Virus record (IMG/VR): IMGVR_UViG_2882238243_000002
Span: 78,447-142,446 of that record
From: a virus
Lineage: Duplodnaviria; Caudoviricetes
DNA length: 64,000 nt
Reading direction: 5' to 3' (one strand)
Shown here one piece after another: positions 38,380 through 49,641 of the stretch (within the stretch, counting starts at the first letter, position 1; every line of letters begins with the position of its first letter). The notes beneath the pieces were generated by a model. The model searched no databases. It was not told the origin of the DNA and worked only from the letters and a program-made list of their open reading frames with translations. A program made the translations under genes and the position numbers.

Positions 38380-39606
38380 ATGAATTTTGAAATGACAGGC
38401 AAGATTGGACTCAGTAAAGAAACAGAAAAGTTTAAACCATATTTAGAAACAACATATGATTCAGGATGGGTTAAAAGAAAGATTATGTTTAACGTAATTT
38501 GTGGTGATAACAGACATTTGCTCACGGTAGATGCTGGCAGCTTTGCAGATGGACATGGAGACATCTATACTTTCAGCAAAGGTTCTATTGATGGCAGTGG
38601 TAATAAAGTAAAAGGTGAATCTTTAAAAATTCCATTTAAAGATAGGCTCACGTCAAAAAAACTGGCAGAAGTTGCTGAGTTCAAAAAGTTTATTTTTGAT
38701 TTAGAAAAGCCAGGAAGACGGTATAAACTAGAAAAAGCTGCCGAAAAAATCAAAGAAGGTACAAGTCTTACTGATGAAGAGTTGAAAGAGGTTGGGTTAG
38801 AGAATGAAGCAGAGGTAATAGAAGCTCTTGAAAAGAGTAAGAAGAAGCATCATGAATTTATTTCTGAGTGGGATTTTGCTGAATTTATCAAGAAGGTTAT
38901 TGAAAGTGGAAAGTATAAAGACAGCAAGTTTTTCATTAGAGGAAATAGCAATTATCAGTATTCAGATAAAAAGCAGCAAGTATATGAAAGTTATGTTCCA
39001 CAGAGAATCTACCTTGCGGCTGAAGATGCTGAAGAGTCTTCAACTGCAACTGTTAAAATTATTTATAATTCCGATAGTCTTGATTCCATGAGTATTGAAG
39101 AAAAGGGCAAATATTATGTGAATGGCTACATGATGGAATATGATAACAACCGTAAAACTAATATTCCTGTTCCTGTTACAATTACAATTCCTGTCGCACC
39201 AAAAGATGCAAGTGAAAAGGATAAAAAGTTTGTAGAGGGCATTAAGCGAAAATTCACAGTAGAAGATGATACATATAAAGAGCTTGGTATTGATATTAAA
39301 ATGCTTAATGGTGCTCAGAAGGTTGAAATCACAGATGACATGTTGACAGATGAACAGAAAGAGGATTTAGATTGTGGTCTTATTACTCTTGATGATATTC
39401 GTTCAGAACTTGGTGGAAGTGTGTATGGAGACAGAATTCAGGAGTATCAGTTTTTGAAGATTGCACGAGGATTTACTAAGGGAAGAAATGAAACAGTATA
39501 CACTGACGATGATATGGTAATCAGACCCATCGAAGAAGAATTACCAGAAGGCACAGAAGATTTGTTTGAGGACGAAGATGTAATAGATAGTGATGATGAT
39601 CTGTAA
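38380..39606 (+). CDS. Probable single-stranded DNA-binding protein
   Basis: First gene of the replication module; acidic tail EDLFEDEDVIDSDDDL. Confidence 0.55.
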   Translation: MNFEMTGKIGLSKETEKFKPYLETTYDSGWVKRKIMFNVICGDNRHLLTVDAGSFADGHGDIYTFSKGSIDGSGNKVKGESLKIPFKDRLTSKKLAEVAEFKKFIFDLEKPGRRYKLEKAAEKIKEGTSLTDEELKEVGLENEAEVIEALEKSKKKHHEFISEWDFAEFIKKVIESGKYKDSKFFIRGNSNYQYSDKKQQVYESYVPQRIYLAAEDAEESSTATVKIIYNSDSLDSMSIEEKGKYYVNGYMMEYDNNRKTNIPVPVTITIPVAPKDASEKDKKFVEGIKRKFTVEDDTYKELGIDIKMLNGAQKVEITDDMLTDEQKEDLDCGLITLDDIRSELGGSVYGDRIQEYQFLKIARGFTKGRNETVYTDDDMVIRPIEEELPEGTEDLFEDEDVIDSDDDL

Positions 39607-39667
39607 GATACAGGGGAATTCCTCCCAATTTAAACGAAGTATGAACATAAAAGGAGATTTTTATTAA

Positions 39668-40786
39668 ATGCAGAAACCACAGATTAATGTAATTAAACCA
39701 GATATTAAAAATTTATCAATCTATTTAAGGTCAACTAAAAAATTTGGAAAGACAACACTTTTTAGAGATGTAATTCTTGCAAAATATGGAGATGCCTCAA
39801 GAGGGCTTTTGGTTGGTTGTGGGAATGAAGTTGGATATAAAATGCTTGACAACTTAAATGTTACCCAGGTCAAAACATATAAGGATATGATTGAACTTTC
39901 AGATTGGTTAATCAAAGAAAAGGGGAAAGAGCATAATATTGAAATTATCGCTTTTGATACTGGTGATGAACTCACTCTGATTACGGATACCGAGACAATC
40001 AGGCAGAGTAACATTGAAAATCCGAATAAGAAATGCAAGTCTGTAAAAGCTGCATTTGGTGGATACACAGCAGGAGAAAAATATTCGGCTAATGATTTGG
40101 TTAAGCCATATATGACAAAGTTGCAAGAAGCTGGATTTGGGGTATGGGCTATTGCTCATACGAAATTTAAAACAATCAAGGAAAAGGGTGGACTTGAGGA
40201 AGATGGTTATATGCAGTTATCTTCTAATATGAGTGCTGATTACGAAGCTGCATTTGGTGATATTTTTGATGTGGTTCTCACCGGTGTAATTGATAGAGAT
40301 TTAGAAGAAAAGAAAGTAGGAGACAAGACTAAGAAATATACAACTGATACTGTTCGTAAGTTGTATTTCAGAGGTACTACTTTGATTGATGCTGGTGGGC
40401 GATTTGCAGATGGAGCAGTGCCAGAGTATATGATATTTGATAAACCCGATATGGGTTCGGAATTCATTAAAGTTGTAGAAGAAGGAATGGAAAAATCTAA
40501 GACAACATTTGATAAGCCAAAGACAACAACAAAGTCCAAGAAGGAAGAAAAGAAACCAGATCCACTAGAAGAATCGGCAGCTGATATTGATACAACACCA
40601 CCATTTGAAGAAGAAACTAATACTTCCAATTATCCGGATAACCTAGAGGAAACCATCAGAGTCATGTTCAAGGAGTGCAAGGATAAGGACTTGAAAGCAG
40701 AAGTAAAAATAATCATCAACTCTTTTGGTAAATTAAATGATTGTGATGACAATGCTTTGAAGGAAATTTATGACAAATTGAAATAG
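39668..40786 (+). CDS. AAA_24/Sak4-like ATPase
   Basis: KKFGKTT, AFDT, AFGGY, IAH motifs. Confidence 0.7.
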   Translation: MQKPQINVIKPDIKNLSIYLRSTKKFGKTTLFRDVILAKYGDASRGLLVGCGNEVGYKMLDNLNVTQVKTYKDMIELSDWLIKEKGKEHNIEIIAFDTGDELTLITDTETIRQSNIENPNKKCKSVKAAFGGYTAGEKYSANDLVKPYMTKLQEAGFGVWAIAHTKFKTIKEKGGLEEDGYMQLSSNMSADYEAAFGDIFDVVLTGVIDRDLEEKKVGDKTKKYTTDTVRKLYFRGTTLIDAGGRFADGAVPEYMIFDKPDMGSEFIKVVEEGMEKSKTTFDKPKTTTKSKKEEKKPDPLEESAADIDTTPPFEEETNTSNYPDNLEETIRVMFKECKDKDLKAEVKIIINSFGKLNDCDDNALKEIYDKLK

Positions 40787-40807
40787 TTGTATTTATCAAA
40801 TAATCAG

Positions 40808-40833
40808 ATTGGGTGGCTTACAAGCCACCCAAT
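40808..40833 (+). terminator. Strong hairpin
   Basis: ATTGGGTGGCTT-ac-AAGCCACCCAAT. Confidence 0.5.
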
Positions 40834-40853
40834 ACTATCAAGGTGGTGGGAAG

Positions 40854-41348
40854 ATGCTTGTCAAATGCAAAATATGTAGAAGCAAGGTAGATAGAAATGA
40901 AGCATATAAGGTAGTAGTTGATGGGAAAAATCATTACTACTGCAACAAAAATGAATATACTGAATGGAGAAAAAAGAAAGATATAAAGGATAGGGCATAT
41001 AATCTGATTTATGAGATTTTTGATAGAAAAGTAACTAATACAATTTTATACAAAGAAATTGGTGAGCTTGCAGATGTTTATACATATGAAAAAATATTGG
41101 CATATCTCATAGATAATGAAAATTATCTAACAAGTGTTATAAAGAAAACTTTTATAAGTGAGTATGCTCAAATTAGATATTTTACAGCAATCTTAAAGAA
41201 CAACTTAACTGATTTTCAATATGAGGGCGAATCAAAAGTGGAAATCAATAGGTTGGATATGCCTGACGTCTCTAACAATCAATTTAGTAGAAAGAAAAGG
41301 AAAAAATCATTGTCTGAATATGAGGAGGAAGTTGGTGAGCAGATATAG
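40854..41348 (+). CDS. Zn-finger replication-associated protein
   Basis: VKCKIC...YYC, upstream of the helicase. Confidence 0.6.
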   Translation: MLVKCKICRSKVDRNEAYKVVVDGKNHYYCNKNEYTEWRKKKDIKDRAYNLIYEIFDRKVTNTILYKEIGELADVYTYEKILAYLIDNENYLTSVIKKTFISEYAQIRYFTAILKNNLTDFQYEGESKVEINRLDMPDVSNNQFSRKKRKKSLSEYEEEVGEQI

Positions 41349-42898
41349 GCGAATTTCTTACAGGAGTCACAGATAAATACCCACTACAGTTATTAAAAGG
41401 AAGAGTAGAGGTAGAGGGGAACGTAGTTAGTTGCTTGTTCAAAGATATGCTTTTACTAGATGAAATCACACTAGAACAGAAAGATTTTATTACAAGTGAT
41501 GGGTTATTCTATTTTTCATTACTTAATCAGCTAAGAGGAAAAGGCTTCTATTCCCTTGATGAGGTTACAATTCTGTCAAATATGAATGAAGATGTAATTG
41601 AAAGATATGAGTCTTGTGGCGGATGGGATTCCATTCAGCATCAAATTGATATCATCAATGAGAAAAATTTTGATACATATATAGATATCCTATATCGAGA
41701 AAACATTATTTTACACATGCATGAGGACGGTTTTAATCTTTTAAAAAAGATTGATGTCAACGGGAAAGAAATATCACCGCTTAGTATGTTCCGTAAAATG
41801 GATGCCGAATCTGTGACTGATTGGTATGAAGCAAGAATTAGTTCTTATGGAACTGGATACTCTAGCAAGATTATTGAGGAGGAAGAAATTGATTTTGATG
41901 ACGAATTCATTAAAAACTGCCAAGAAGGATTAGAAAATGGTGTTCCTTTTGACATCGCTGGATATGACATTAATGGGGAAGAGATGAATTGCTTCCAATT
42001 CCTTTCCAGACAAGTAAATGGTTTATTGGAAGGGACACTTACTATGATGGGTGGATATAGCAGCACCGGCAAATCCACTTGGTGGGTAACAGTTATAATG
42101 GCACTTCTTTATAGAGATAGGAAAGTGCTGATAATATCTAACGAAGAAAATGTAAAGAAATTCAAAATCAAATTCATGGTCTGGTTGCTTGGCAAAAGAA
42201 ATAGATACTTTAAATTAACAAAGAAAAAATTGATGAGCGGAGACTTGAATGCAGAAGATAAAAAGCAGTTGGCTTCAGTTCAGGATTATTGGAGAAAGAA
42301 TTATAAAGGCAGAGTTAAATTTATTTCGTTAGCTGACGCGAATATGTCAATTGTAAAGAAGAAAGCAAGAGAAAATATCCTTAGATATGGATACGACACA
42401 ATACTATATGACACATTCAAACTGGATTTTGACTCTGCTGGCAATACCAGGCAAGATTTATCTCTGATAAAAGATAGCCGTGAGTTTGATTCATTATGTA
42501 AAAAGTATAATGTAATTGGATTGGCCTCTCTACAGCTTGCTATTAACACAATAGGAAAGTTATTTCTTGACAGTTCTGTTTTATCAAATAGCAAGCAGAT
42601 AAAAGAAGTTTTAGAAGGGTTATATCTTATGCGTAATGTATATGATGAAGAACTAGATCCTGATAATAAAAAATATTATTGTAAACCTTTCAAATTAAGA
42701 AAGGTAAATGATAAATGGATTCAAGAAGAATATGTGTGTGATAGAAATGCTGTTTGGAGAATGGTATTTCCAGATAAAACTAGAAGCGGGGCAAATTCAT
42801 CAGATAATGGAATAGCATATTTGTTAAAGTTTTCAGGAGATCACTGTATCTTTAGAGAGGTAGCACAATGCTATCCTAAACATGGATATATACAATAA
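41345..42898 (+). CDS. dnaB: DnaB-like replicative helicase
   Basis: GGYSSTGKS, ISNEE, YDTFK, LQL, KTRSG; frame open from ATA 41345. Confidence 0.8.
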   Translation: MGEFLTGVTDKYPLQLLKGRVEVEGNVVSCLFKDMLLLDEITLEQKDFITSDGLFYFSLLNQLRGKGFYSLDEVTILSNMNEDVIERYESCGGWDSIQHQIDIINEKNFDTYIDILYRENIILHMHEDGFNLLKKIDVNGKEISPLSMFRKMDAESVTDWYEARISSYGTGYSSKIIEEEEIDFDDEFIKNCQEGLENGVPFDIAGYDINGEEMNCFQFLSRQVNGLLEGTLTMMGGYSSTGKSTWWVTVIMALLYRDRKVLIISNEENVKKFKIKFMVWLLGKRNRYFKLTKKKLMSGDLNAEDKKQLASVQDYWRKNYKGRVKFISLADANMSIVKKKARENILRYGYDTILYDTFKLDFDSAGNTRQDLSLIKDSREFDSLCKKYNVIGLASLQLAINTIGKLFLDSSVLSNSKQIKEVLEGLYLMRNVYDEELDPDNKKYYCKPFKLRKVNDKWIQEEYVCDRNAVWRMVFPDKTRSGANSSDNGIAYLLKFSGDHCIFREVAQCYPKHGYIQ

Positions 42899-42919
42899 TA
42901 AGAAGTAGAGTGGTGAGAT

Positions 42920-43948
42920 ATGTTATCAGAAATTAAAAAGGAGTTAATTAATCACCCTGAAAAACTCAAGGAAGTATTAAAACATTTTGGTTATTGTAAT
43001 GTGGTAGCTAGAACAAAATATTTACAGTTTGGTAGAGATGAATATTCATCAAAAAAGTCTCTAGTTGTTAAACTGGAAAATAACCAGTATCTGTATGTGA
43101 CTGATTATGCAAGGAATATTCAAAAAGACTTATTTAGTTATATTAGCGAACAAAGAAAAATTGAATTTTCAGAAGTGCTGCATGGACTAAAAGGGATATT
43201 GGGTATATCTGACTACTGTGAATATTTTAGTAAAAAGGGAATTTTTGGTGGGTTTTATGAACGCATTAGAAAAAAAAGCACATACAAAGTCAATACATAT
43301 AATGAATCCATCTTAGACAATTATGCAAAATACGGCAATTTAAGATTCCTTGAAGATAGCATATCAATAAACACTCAACAGTTTTTTAATATTAGATATG
43401 ATGTTGAGTCACAAGGAATTGTAATACCAATATACGATCAAATAGGGCAACTCATAGGTATAAAGATCAGGGTGAATTTTGAGGTTTCAGATGGTGAGCA
43501 GAAATATTACTATTTGATTCCATGTGCAATGTCTCAAACTTTATATGGGTATTCACAGAACTATAACTATTTAGTGGAAAATACAGTGTTTATATTTGAG
43601 TCTGAGAAATCAGTGATGCAATGTCATTCATATGGAATAAGGAACTGTGTCGCACTAGGGAGTGGTTCTATTAGTTCAAAACAAGTGCAGATGATTTATG
43701 AACTAAATCCAAGTAAAGTAATTTTTATGCATGATGTTGGATTTGACTTAGAAAATATTATGAGAAATATCTTATTGGTAAAATCATATTCAAGATTTTC
43801 GGAAATTGAATTAGGGTATTGGAATTACTTTGACTATGGATATGAAGGGAAGATATCTCCCTCTGATTTAGGGAAAGCCGAATTAGAGAGAATTATAAAT
43901 ACAGAAATTTTATTGATTGGAGATGATGAAAGCGAAGACAACTTATAA
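42920..43948 (+). CDS. DNA primase (Toprim)
   Basis: IVIPIYD, KYYYL, LYGY, IFESEKSV, VALG, MHD. Confidence 0.75.
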   Translation: MLSEIKKELINHPEKLKEVLKHFGYCNVVARTKYLQFGRDEYSSKKSLVVKLENNQYLYVTDYARNIQKDLFSYISEQRKIEFSEVLHGLKGILGISDYCEYFSKKGIFGGFYERIRKKSTYKVNTYNESILDNYAKYGNLRFLEDSISINTQQFFNIRYDVESQGIVIPIYDQIGQLIGIKIRVNFEVSDGEQKYYYLIPCAMSQTLYGYSQNYNYLVENTVFIFESEKSVMQCHSYGIRNCVALGSGSISSKQVQMIYELNPSKVIFMHDVGFDLENIMRNILLVKSYSRFSEIELGYWNYFDYGYEGKISPSDLGKAELERIINTEILLIGDDESEDNL

Positions 43949-45551
43949 TGTGATTTCTGATTGTCGGGGAATGTGTGAGAATGAAATAATAAATACAATT
44001 ATTTCTGATAGAGGAATTAAAGATGTAGAGCATTTTTTGAATCCAAATGAAGGTGATTTGTTGCCTTTGGATTCCTTAGAAAATATTGATATGGCGAGAA
44101 AAATTGTTGAAAATGGAATCGATAGTGGCTCTCGCTTTGGTGTTTTATGGGATACAGATACAGATGGAGCAACATCTGGAGCAATCATGACCAGATATCT
44201 ATTGAATTTTACAAAAACTGTGTTTCCATTTATTAATGAGGGAAAAGCCCATGGATTGATAGGACAAGATATTGATAGATTCAATGATTGCGATATTGTG
44301 ATTGTTGTGGATAGTCTGGATAAAGATATAACTCAATATAAAGAATTGGTAACAAGAGGTAAAGAAGTTATAGTCTTAGATCATCATGCCATCGCTCAAG
44401 ATGTCCCATATGACAAATATGTCACACTGGTTAGTTCACAGAGAAACTATGATAATCTTGCTCTGTCCGGAGCAGGTGTTGTGTGGAAATTTTGTAAATA
44501 CCTTGATCAATATTTTATAGAGGATTATGCGGAAGACTATGTCGATCTGGCGGCCTGTGGACTTGTGGCAGATATGATGGACGTTTCTGAAAAGAGTATG
44601 GAAAACAGATACATAATTGAAATTGGACTAAATCGGATGATAAATCCTGCAATAAAAAAAATTGTCGGTAGTTTTCCCTTTAATAGTACTGCAATTTCTT
44701 TCAGTATCGCACCTTTGATAAATGCTGCAAACCGTATGAATCAAAATGAATCGGCGATGAGTGCTTTTTTAGCAGACGATAATAAAGAAGTTCTAAAATA
44801 TGTAAAAGAATTAAAAAAATGCAAAGAAGAACAAAATATTGAAGTCAAAAACTTGATGGATGATATTATCATTCAGGCAGACGGACAATTAGATAAAAAG
44901 GTTATATCTGTTTTTATAAATAGTGAAAATGGAATCTCTGGATTGGTTGGGAACAAACTACTTGAAAGATATCAAAGACCTTTGTTGATTTTAAAAGAGA
45001 TAGAAATAGGTGGAGAAAAATATTATGCGGGATCTGCAAGAGCAATTGGTATCGATGATTTTAGAAAACTTTGTAATGAAACTGGTGTTGCTGAAGCAAA
45101 TGGACATGAGTTGGCATTTGGGATACAGGTAAAGGCAAAAGAATATAGAGATTTTATTTCCAAACTTGAAGAGTCTTTGGAAAACATTGAATTTAAGATG
45201 GCAAGAACTGTGGATATTGAGTTAGATATATTTGATATAACAAGAGATTTAATTGACAAAATTAAGTCTATAGATAAAATATCTGGCACAGGATTTAAAC
45301 CAATAACAGTAAAAGTATCTGATATTACGGAATATGAGGTAGGTAGTATGTCTCAAGGGAAGCATCTTGTATTAAAACCAACAGATTATTTACAACTTAT
45401 CAAATGGAATTGGAATGGTTCATTTGATGATATGGAGGATAATGCGATATTAGAAGAACCAATAACTGTGATTGGTAAATTGGATTCTGGTTGGTTAGGA
45501 AGAACGTTTTCCTTAAAAATAATATGTGATGAAGTAAAGGTGGTGGCATAG
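43923..45551 (+). CDS. recJ: RecJ-like ssDNA exonuclease (DHH)
   Basis: DTDTDG, LDHH, LSGAGV, ADMM, PLINAANR, GSAR, GHELAFG. Confidence 0.9.
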   Translation: MMKAKTTYNVISDCRGMCENEIINTIISDRGIKDVEHFLNPNEGDLLPLDSLENIDMARKIVENGIDSGSRFGVLWDTDTDGATSGAIMTRYLLNFTKTVFPFINEGKAHGLIGQDIDRFNDCDIVIVVDSLDKDITQYKELVTRGKEVIVLDHHAIAQDVPYDKYVTLVSSQRNYDNLALSGAGVVWKFCKYLDQYFIEDYAEDYVDLAACGLVADMMDVSEKSMENRYIIEIGLNRMINPAIKKIVGSFPFNSTAISFSIAPLINAANRMNQNESAMSAFLADDNKEVLKYVKELKKCKEEQNIEVKNLMDDIIIQADGQLDKKVISVFINSENGISGLVGNKLLERYQRPLLILKEIEIGGEKYYAGSARAIGIDDFRKLCNETGVAEANGHELAFGIQVKAKEYRDFISKLEESLENIEFKMARTVDIELDIFDITRDLIDKIKSIDKISGTGFKPITVKVSDITEYEVGSMSQGKHLVLKPTDYLQLIKWNWNGSFDDMEDNAILEEPITVIGKLDSGWLGRTFSLKIICDEVKVVA

Positions 45552-45552
45552 A

Positions 45553-48500
45553 ATAGGGACTTTAGAATTAATCAAAACAATTATTCCAACGCTGAATTTT
45601 AAATTTCCGTATTCAGCAGAGGATTATGCAGAGAATTTATATCTTGAAAATTATCATTGCCATAAAGATTTTAGCAATACAAGTACACCTGATTGTGCAG
45701 AATCTATTGAGAATTATGCAAAGTTGACTCATGAATATCAGTCTAAATGTTTGTTTTCAGGAGATCATGGTTCACAAGGAAATCAATTCTTGGTATATAA
45801 AACTTCCGAAAATGAAAAATTAAAATATATTCATTCAACAGAAGCTTATTGGGTGAAGAATCGGTATGAAAAAGATAGAAAAAATTGTCACATGGTTATT
45901 GTCGCTAAGAATGCAGATGGTAGGGGCGATATCAACTTTGCCCTATCAAGAGCAAATGAGGATGGATATTACTATAAACCAAGAATTGACTTGGAATTAT
46001 TGTTTGATATTCCAAAGGATAATGTAATTGTTACCTCTGCGTGTATTGCAGGTTGGAATTACGAAGATGCTGAAGATATTTGGATTAAAATTCACAACTA
46101 TTTTGGCGATAATTTTTATCTCGAAGTTCAACCACATAATACAGATAAACAAAAGAAACTTAACCAGAAGATTCTTAGAATTGCCAAGGATAACAATATC
46201 CAGATTATAGCTGGCATGGATAGTCACTTTTTAAATGATAAATCATCAGTAAAACGTGATCAGATTCTTAAATATAAGGGAGTAAATTATCCAGACGAAG
46301 AAGGATGGTACATGGATTGGCCGGATACTAAGACGGTAATCCAGAGATTTAAAGAACAAGGTATCTTATCCGAAGAAGATATTTATAGATCTATTATGAA
46401 CACTAATGTGTTTGTAACAGAGTGCAGAGAGATTATTCTTGATAAATCATTCAAAATTCCCACTGTCTATCAAGGTAAGACATATGAAGAAAAGTGCAAG
46501 ATATACAAACATGAACTAAATATCGCTTATGCAAAAGAAAAGGAAAAGTCAAAAAAAAAGGCAGATGGAGTAAGGTACGAAGCCAAGGAAGTTATGGATT
46601 CTGGTGTTGTAGATTATTTCCTAACAAGCAAGGCTATTGTTGATGATGCGGTGAACAATGAGGGAGGTATATTAACAACAACTTCTCGTGGTAGTGCAGC
46701 TTCATTTATTACAAATAAATTATTAGGACTTACAACCGTCGATAGATTCAATGCTGATATCCCTATTTATCCAGAAAGGTTTTTAACAAAAGAACGTGTT
46801 GTTGCGGGTATGATGCCTGATATTGATTTAAACGTAGCTACTCAAGAACCGTTTGTAAAAGCGACAAGGAAATTATTGGGAGAACATGGCTGCTATCCAT
46901 TAATGGCTATAGAAAAACTAAAAGAAAAGGCTGCATGGCAATTATACGCTGGTGCCAATGATGTTAGCCCTGATGATGCAAATCAAATCTCAAAGTACCT
47001 AGATGAATACAACAAAGCATTAAAATATGCTGATGACGAAGAAAAAGATTTGATTTTGGTTGAAGATTATATTCCCGATGATTATTTGGAATTATATAAA
47101 CAAAGTAACGAATATCAGGGGATTACAATCAATTTAAAATGTCATGCCTGTGGACACATAATTTTTAATGGAGATGTTCGTAGAGAAATTGGACTCATCA
47201 GTGCTGTTTCTGAAACAACTGGTCAAAGAACTCTTTGTGCTGCTATTGAAGGTGGATACCTTGATGAATTTGGATATGTAAAAGAAGATTTTCTTATTGT
47301 TGATAGTGTTTATCTTACATATAAATTTTTTGGCAGTATTGGCATGAAAGTTCCAACATTTGATGAACTTAGAAAAATGATAGACGGAGATAAACTCACA
47401 TGGAAAATATACGAAAAGGGTATCACTTGTTGTGTGAATCAATGTGAAAAAGACGCTACTACTAATAGGGTTAAGAAATATAAACCACAAAATTTACGGG
47501 AATTGAGTAGTTTTATAGCCGCTATACGCCCTGGATTTGCATCTCTATTGAGCACATTTTTGAATAGGGATCAGTATACAACAGGAGAATCAAAAATTGA
47601 TGACTTACTGTCAGATACTGCTCATTTCATGATATATCAAGAATCAATTATGAAAGTTTTATCATTCCTGAAATTGGAAATGGGAGAAACATATGGTGTA
47701 ATCAAGTCCATTTCAAAGAAAAAATTGAAGGGAGAAAAGAAACAACGCTTATTAAATGAACTGACTACATCATGGAGAGAAGAATTTCATAACACTAATA
47801 GTTTTAATAATGTGTGGAATGTTATTGAGGATTCAGCTAGATACGCTTTCAACTCCCCTCATGCTTACAGTATGGGAGGAGATAGTGCATATCAAGCGTG
47901 GTTTAAAGCACATCATACAAAAGAGTTTTATGAGGTCGCCATTAACCACTATCAAGAAAAAAATAAGAAGAACAAAATTGATGCACTCGTGAAAGAGGCT
48001 ATAAAGTTTTATGGGTATAAACTAGGAGATTACGAATTTGGAGCAGACAATAGAAAAGTTACAATTGATGAGGAATTTGGATTGATTTATCCTAATCTAT
48101 CTAGTATTAAGGGGTTTGGAGAAGGAGTATCTGAAACACTTTTTGAGTTAGGACAAGAAGAATATGACAATTTTACAGATGTCCTGACGATTCTGTTTTC
48201 AAACTCGATAAACAAAACTGTTATTGACAAACTGATTAGAATTAACTATTTCAAAAAATACGGCGATGTTAATACTCTTTTGTGGATAACAAAATATTAT
48301 GACTTAGTATTTGAAGCTAAGACCATATCAAAGTCAAAGGCTGAGAAAAACAATCTTCCATTTGATATCTTGAAAAAACATGGAAACGAAACAGAAAAAC
48401 AGTTTAACAAAATTAATTCAGTTGACTTGTTGAATGAACTAATTCAAAACATCAAATATCAAGAACTAACTATAAAAGAGCGTCTGGATAATGAGAGAGA

Positions 48501-48846
48501 GGTATTGGGAATTGTATCTAGTTATGAAGAGAAAGCTGATAAGAGATTATATTACATCTCAGAATTAGAGTCTAAGAAGTCAATCACAAATGTAAGACTG
48601 TTTGAAATCTATAGTGGTAAAACTAGAGAAGTAAAAATGTGGACGAGTCAGTATAATAAGAGTCATTTTGAATTGGGTGATATTCTGTATATAACCTGTT
48701 TGGAGAAAAAGAATAAAAAAGAGCCAACAGGTGAAATAAATCCAGATACTGGGAAAAAGATATATAAGGAGATACCTGATAAATTTGAATACTGGTTGAG
48801 CAGATTCATTATAAAAAATGAAATTGAAAACGAGGTGAGAGATTGA
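45553..48846 (+). CDS. dnaE: DNA polymerase III alpha subunit (DnaE-type)
   Basis: PHP NYHCH, YYKPRID, SACIAG, RGSAASF, PDIDLN, HACG, KEDFL, YAFNSPHA; frame open from ATA 45553. Confidence 0.92.
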   Translation: MGTLELIKTIIPTLNFKFPYSAEDYAENLYLENYHCHKDFSNTSTPDCAESIENYAKLTHEYQSKCLFSGDHGSQGNQFLVYKTSENEKLKYIHSTEAYWVKNRYEKDRKNCHMVIVAKNADGRGDINFALSRANEDGYYYKPRIDLELLFDIPKDNVIVTSACIAGWNYEDAEDIWIKIHNYFGDNFYLEVQPHNTDKQKKLNQKILRIAKDNNIQIIAGMDSHFLNDKSSVKRDQILKYKGVNYPDEEGWYMDWPDTKTVIQRFKEQGILSEEDIYRSIMNTNVFVTECREIILDKSFKIPTVYQGKTYEEKCKIYKHELNIAYAKEKEKSKKKADGVRYEAKEVMDSGVVDYFLTSKAIVDDAVNNEGGILTTTSRGSAASFITNKLLGLTTVDRFNADIPIYPERFLTKERVVAGMMPDIDLNVATQEPFVKATRKLLGEHGCYPLMAIEKLKEKAAWQLYAGANDVSPDDANQISKYLDEYNKALKYADDEEKDLILVEDYIPDDYLELYKQSNEYQGITINLKCHACGHIIFNGDVRREIGLISAVSETTGQRTLCAAIEGGYLDEFGYVKEDFLIVDSVYLTYKFFGSIGMKVPTFDELRKMIDGDKLTWKIYEKGITCCVNQCEKDATTNRVKKYKPQNLRELSSFIAAIRPGFASLLSTFLNRDQYTTGESKIDDLLSDTAHFMIYQESIMKVLSFLKLEMGETYGVIKSISKKKLKGEKKQRLLNELTTSWREEFHNTNSFNNVWNVIEDSARYAFNSPHAYSMGGDSAYQAWFKAHHTKEFYEVAINHYQEKNKKNKIDALVKEAIKFYGYKLGDYEFGADNRKVTIDEEFGLIYPNLSSIKGFGEGVSETLFELGQEEYDNFTDVLTILFSNSINKTVIDKLIRINYFKKYGDVNTLLWITKYYDLVFEAKTISKSKAEKNNLPFDILKKHGNETEKQFNKINSVDLLNELIQNIKYQELTIKERLDNEREVLGIVSSYEEKADKRLYYISELESKKSITNVRLFEIYSGKTREVKMWTSQYNKSHFELGDILYITCLEKKNKKEPTGEINPDTGKKIYKEIPDKFEYWLSRFIIKNEIENEVRD

Positions 48847-49373
48847 AATATTACTATACTGAAAAGCAATTGAAGGAACTAGTTTCTCACCTCGTAATCC
48901 TTCACACTACTAATGAGCAGAAGAACCAACATATTTTGGATTATTATGATAAAAGAAGTATTAAACATAAGGCAAAAGCTTTAAAGACGGGAGACTATTC
49001 ATTTATGATAGAATCTTGTCCAGAATTAGGATTTGCAAAGGATACATATTTTACAGATGAATTATGCATTGAAAGAAAAAATTCTGTTGATGAATTGGCA
49101 GGGAATATCAAAGAACATGATGAAAGATTCTTCAAAGAACTAAACAGGATGATTAATATCAAAAATTCTTATCTCTTAATAGAGAACAATAGATTAGACG
49201 ATATCATCAGCCACAATTACCGGTCAGAGTACAACGAACTTGCTTTTATCAGAAGATTGTTAGGAGTTCAAAAGGTGGCAAATATTTATATTAATTTTGT
49301 AAATAAAGAGAATATGGGATTTATGATTTATGAGATTTGTTACAGTGCTTTAATGGGACAGATACTGAAATGA
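48843..49373 (+). CDS. ERCC4-domain nuclease
   Basis: TNEQ, LKTGDYS, IERKNSVDEL. Confidence 0.8.
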   Translation: MKYYYTEKQLKELVSHLVILHTTNEQKNQHILDYYDKRSIKHKAKALKTGDYSFMIESCPELGFAKDTYFTDELCIERKNSVDELAGNIKEHDERFFKELNRMINIKNSYLLIENNRLDDIISHNYRSEYNELAFIRRLLGVQKVANIYINFVNKENMGFMIYEICYSALMGQILK

Positions 49374-49428
49374 TTTTATTTTTCAAATGAAACATATTTT
49401 TCATAAAGAAAATCGGAGGTAGTGAAAC

Positions 49429-49626
49429 ATGATAATTGAAAGTAAAAAATATGCAATCGCAACTAAGGGGTTCCCGCTATTATTTGATGATGGAGAAGGA
49501 AATAACGTAAGTAATTTTGAAGAAGCTTTTCTGAGTTCATATGAAAGCACCGAAGCCGAATTGAAGTGCTATGATGAACCAGACAAGTATCAAATTCTTG
49601 AAGTAAAAGTTACATACGAGTTTTAA
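49429..49626 (+). CDS. Hypothetical protein
   Basis: GGAGG RBS. Confidence 0.55.
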   Translation: MIIESKKYAIATKGFPLLFDDGEGNNVSNFEEAFLSSYESTEAELKCYDEPDKYQILEVKVTYEF

Positions 49627-49641
49627 GGAGGCTGAAAAATA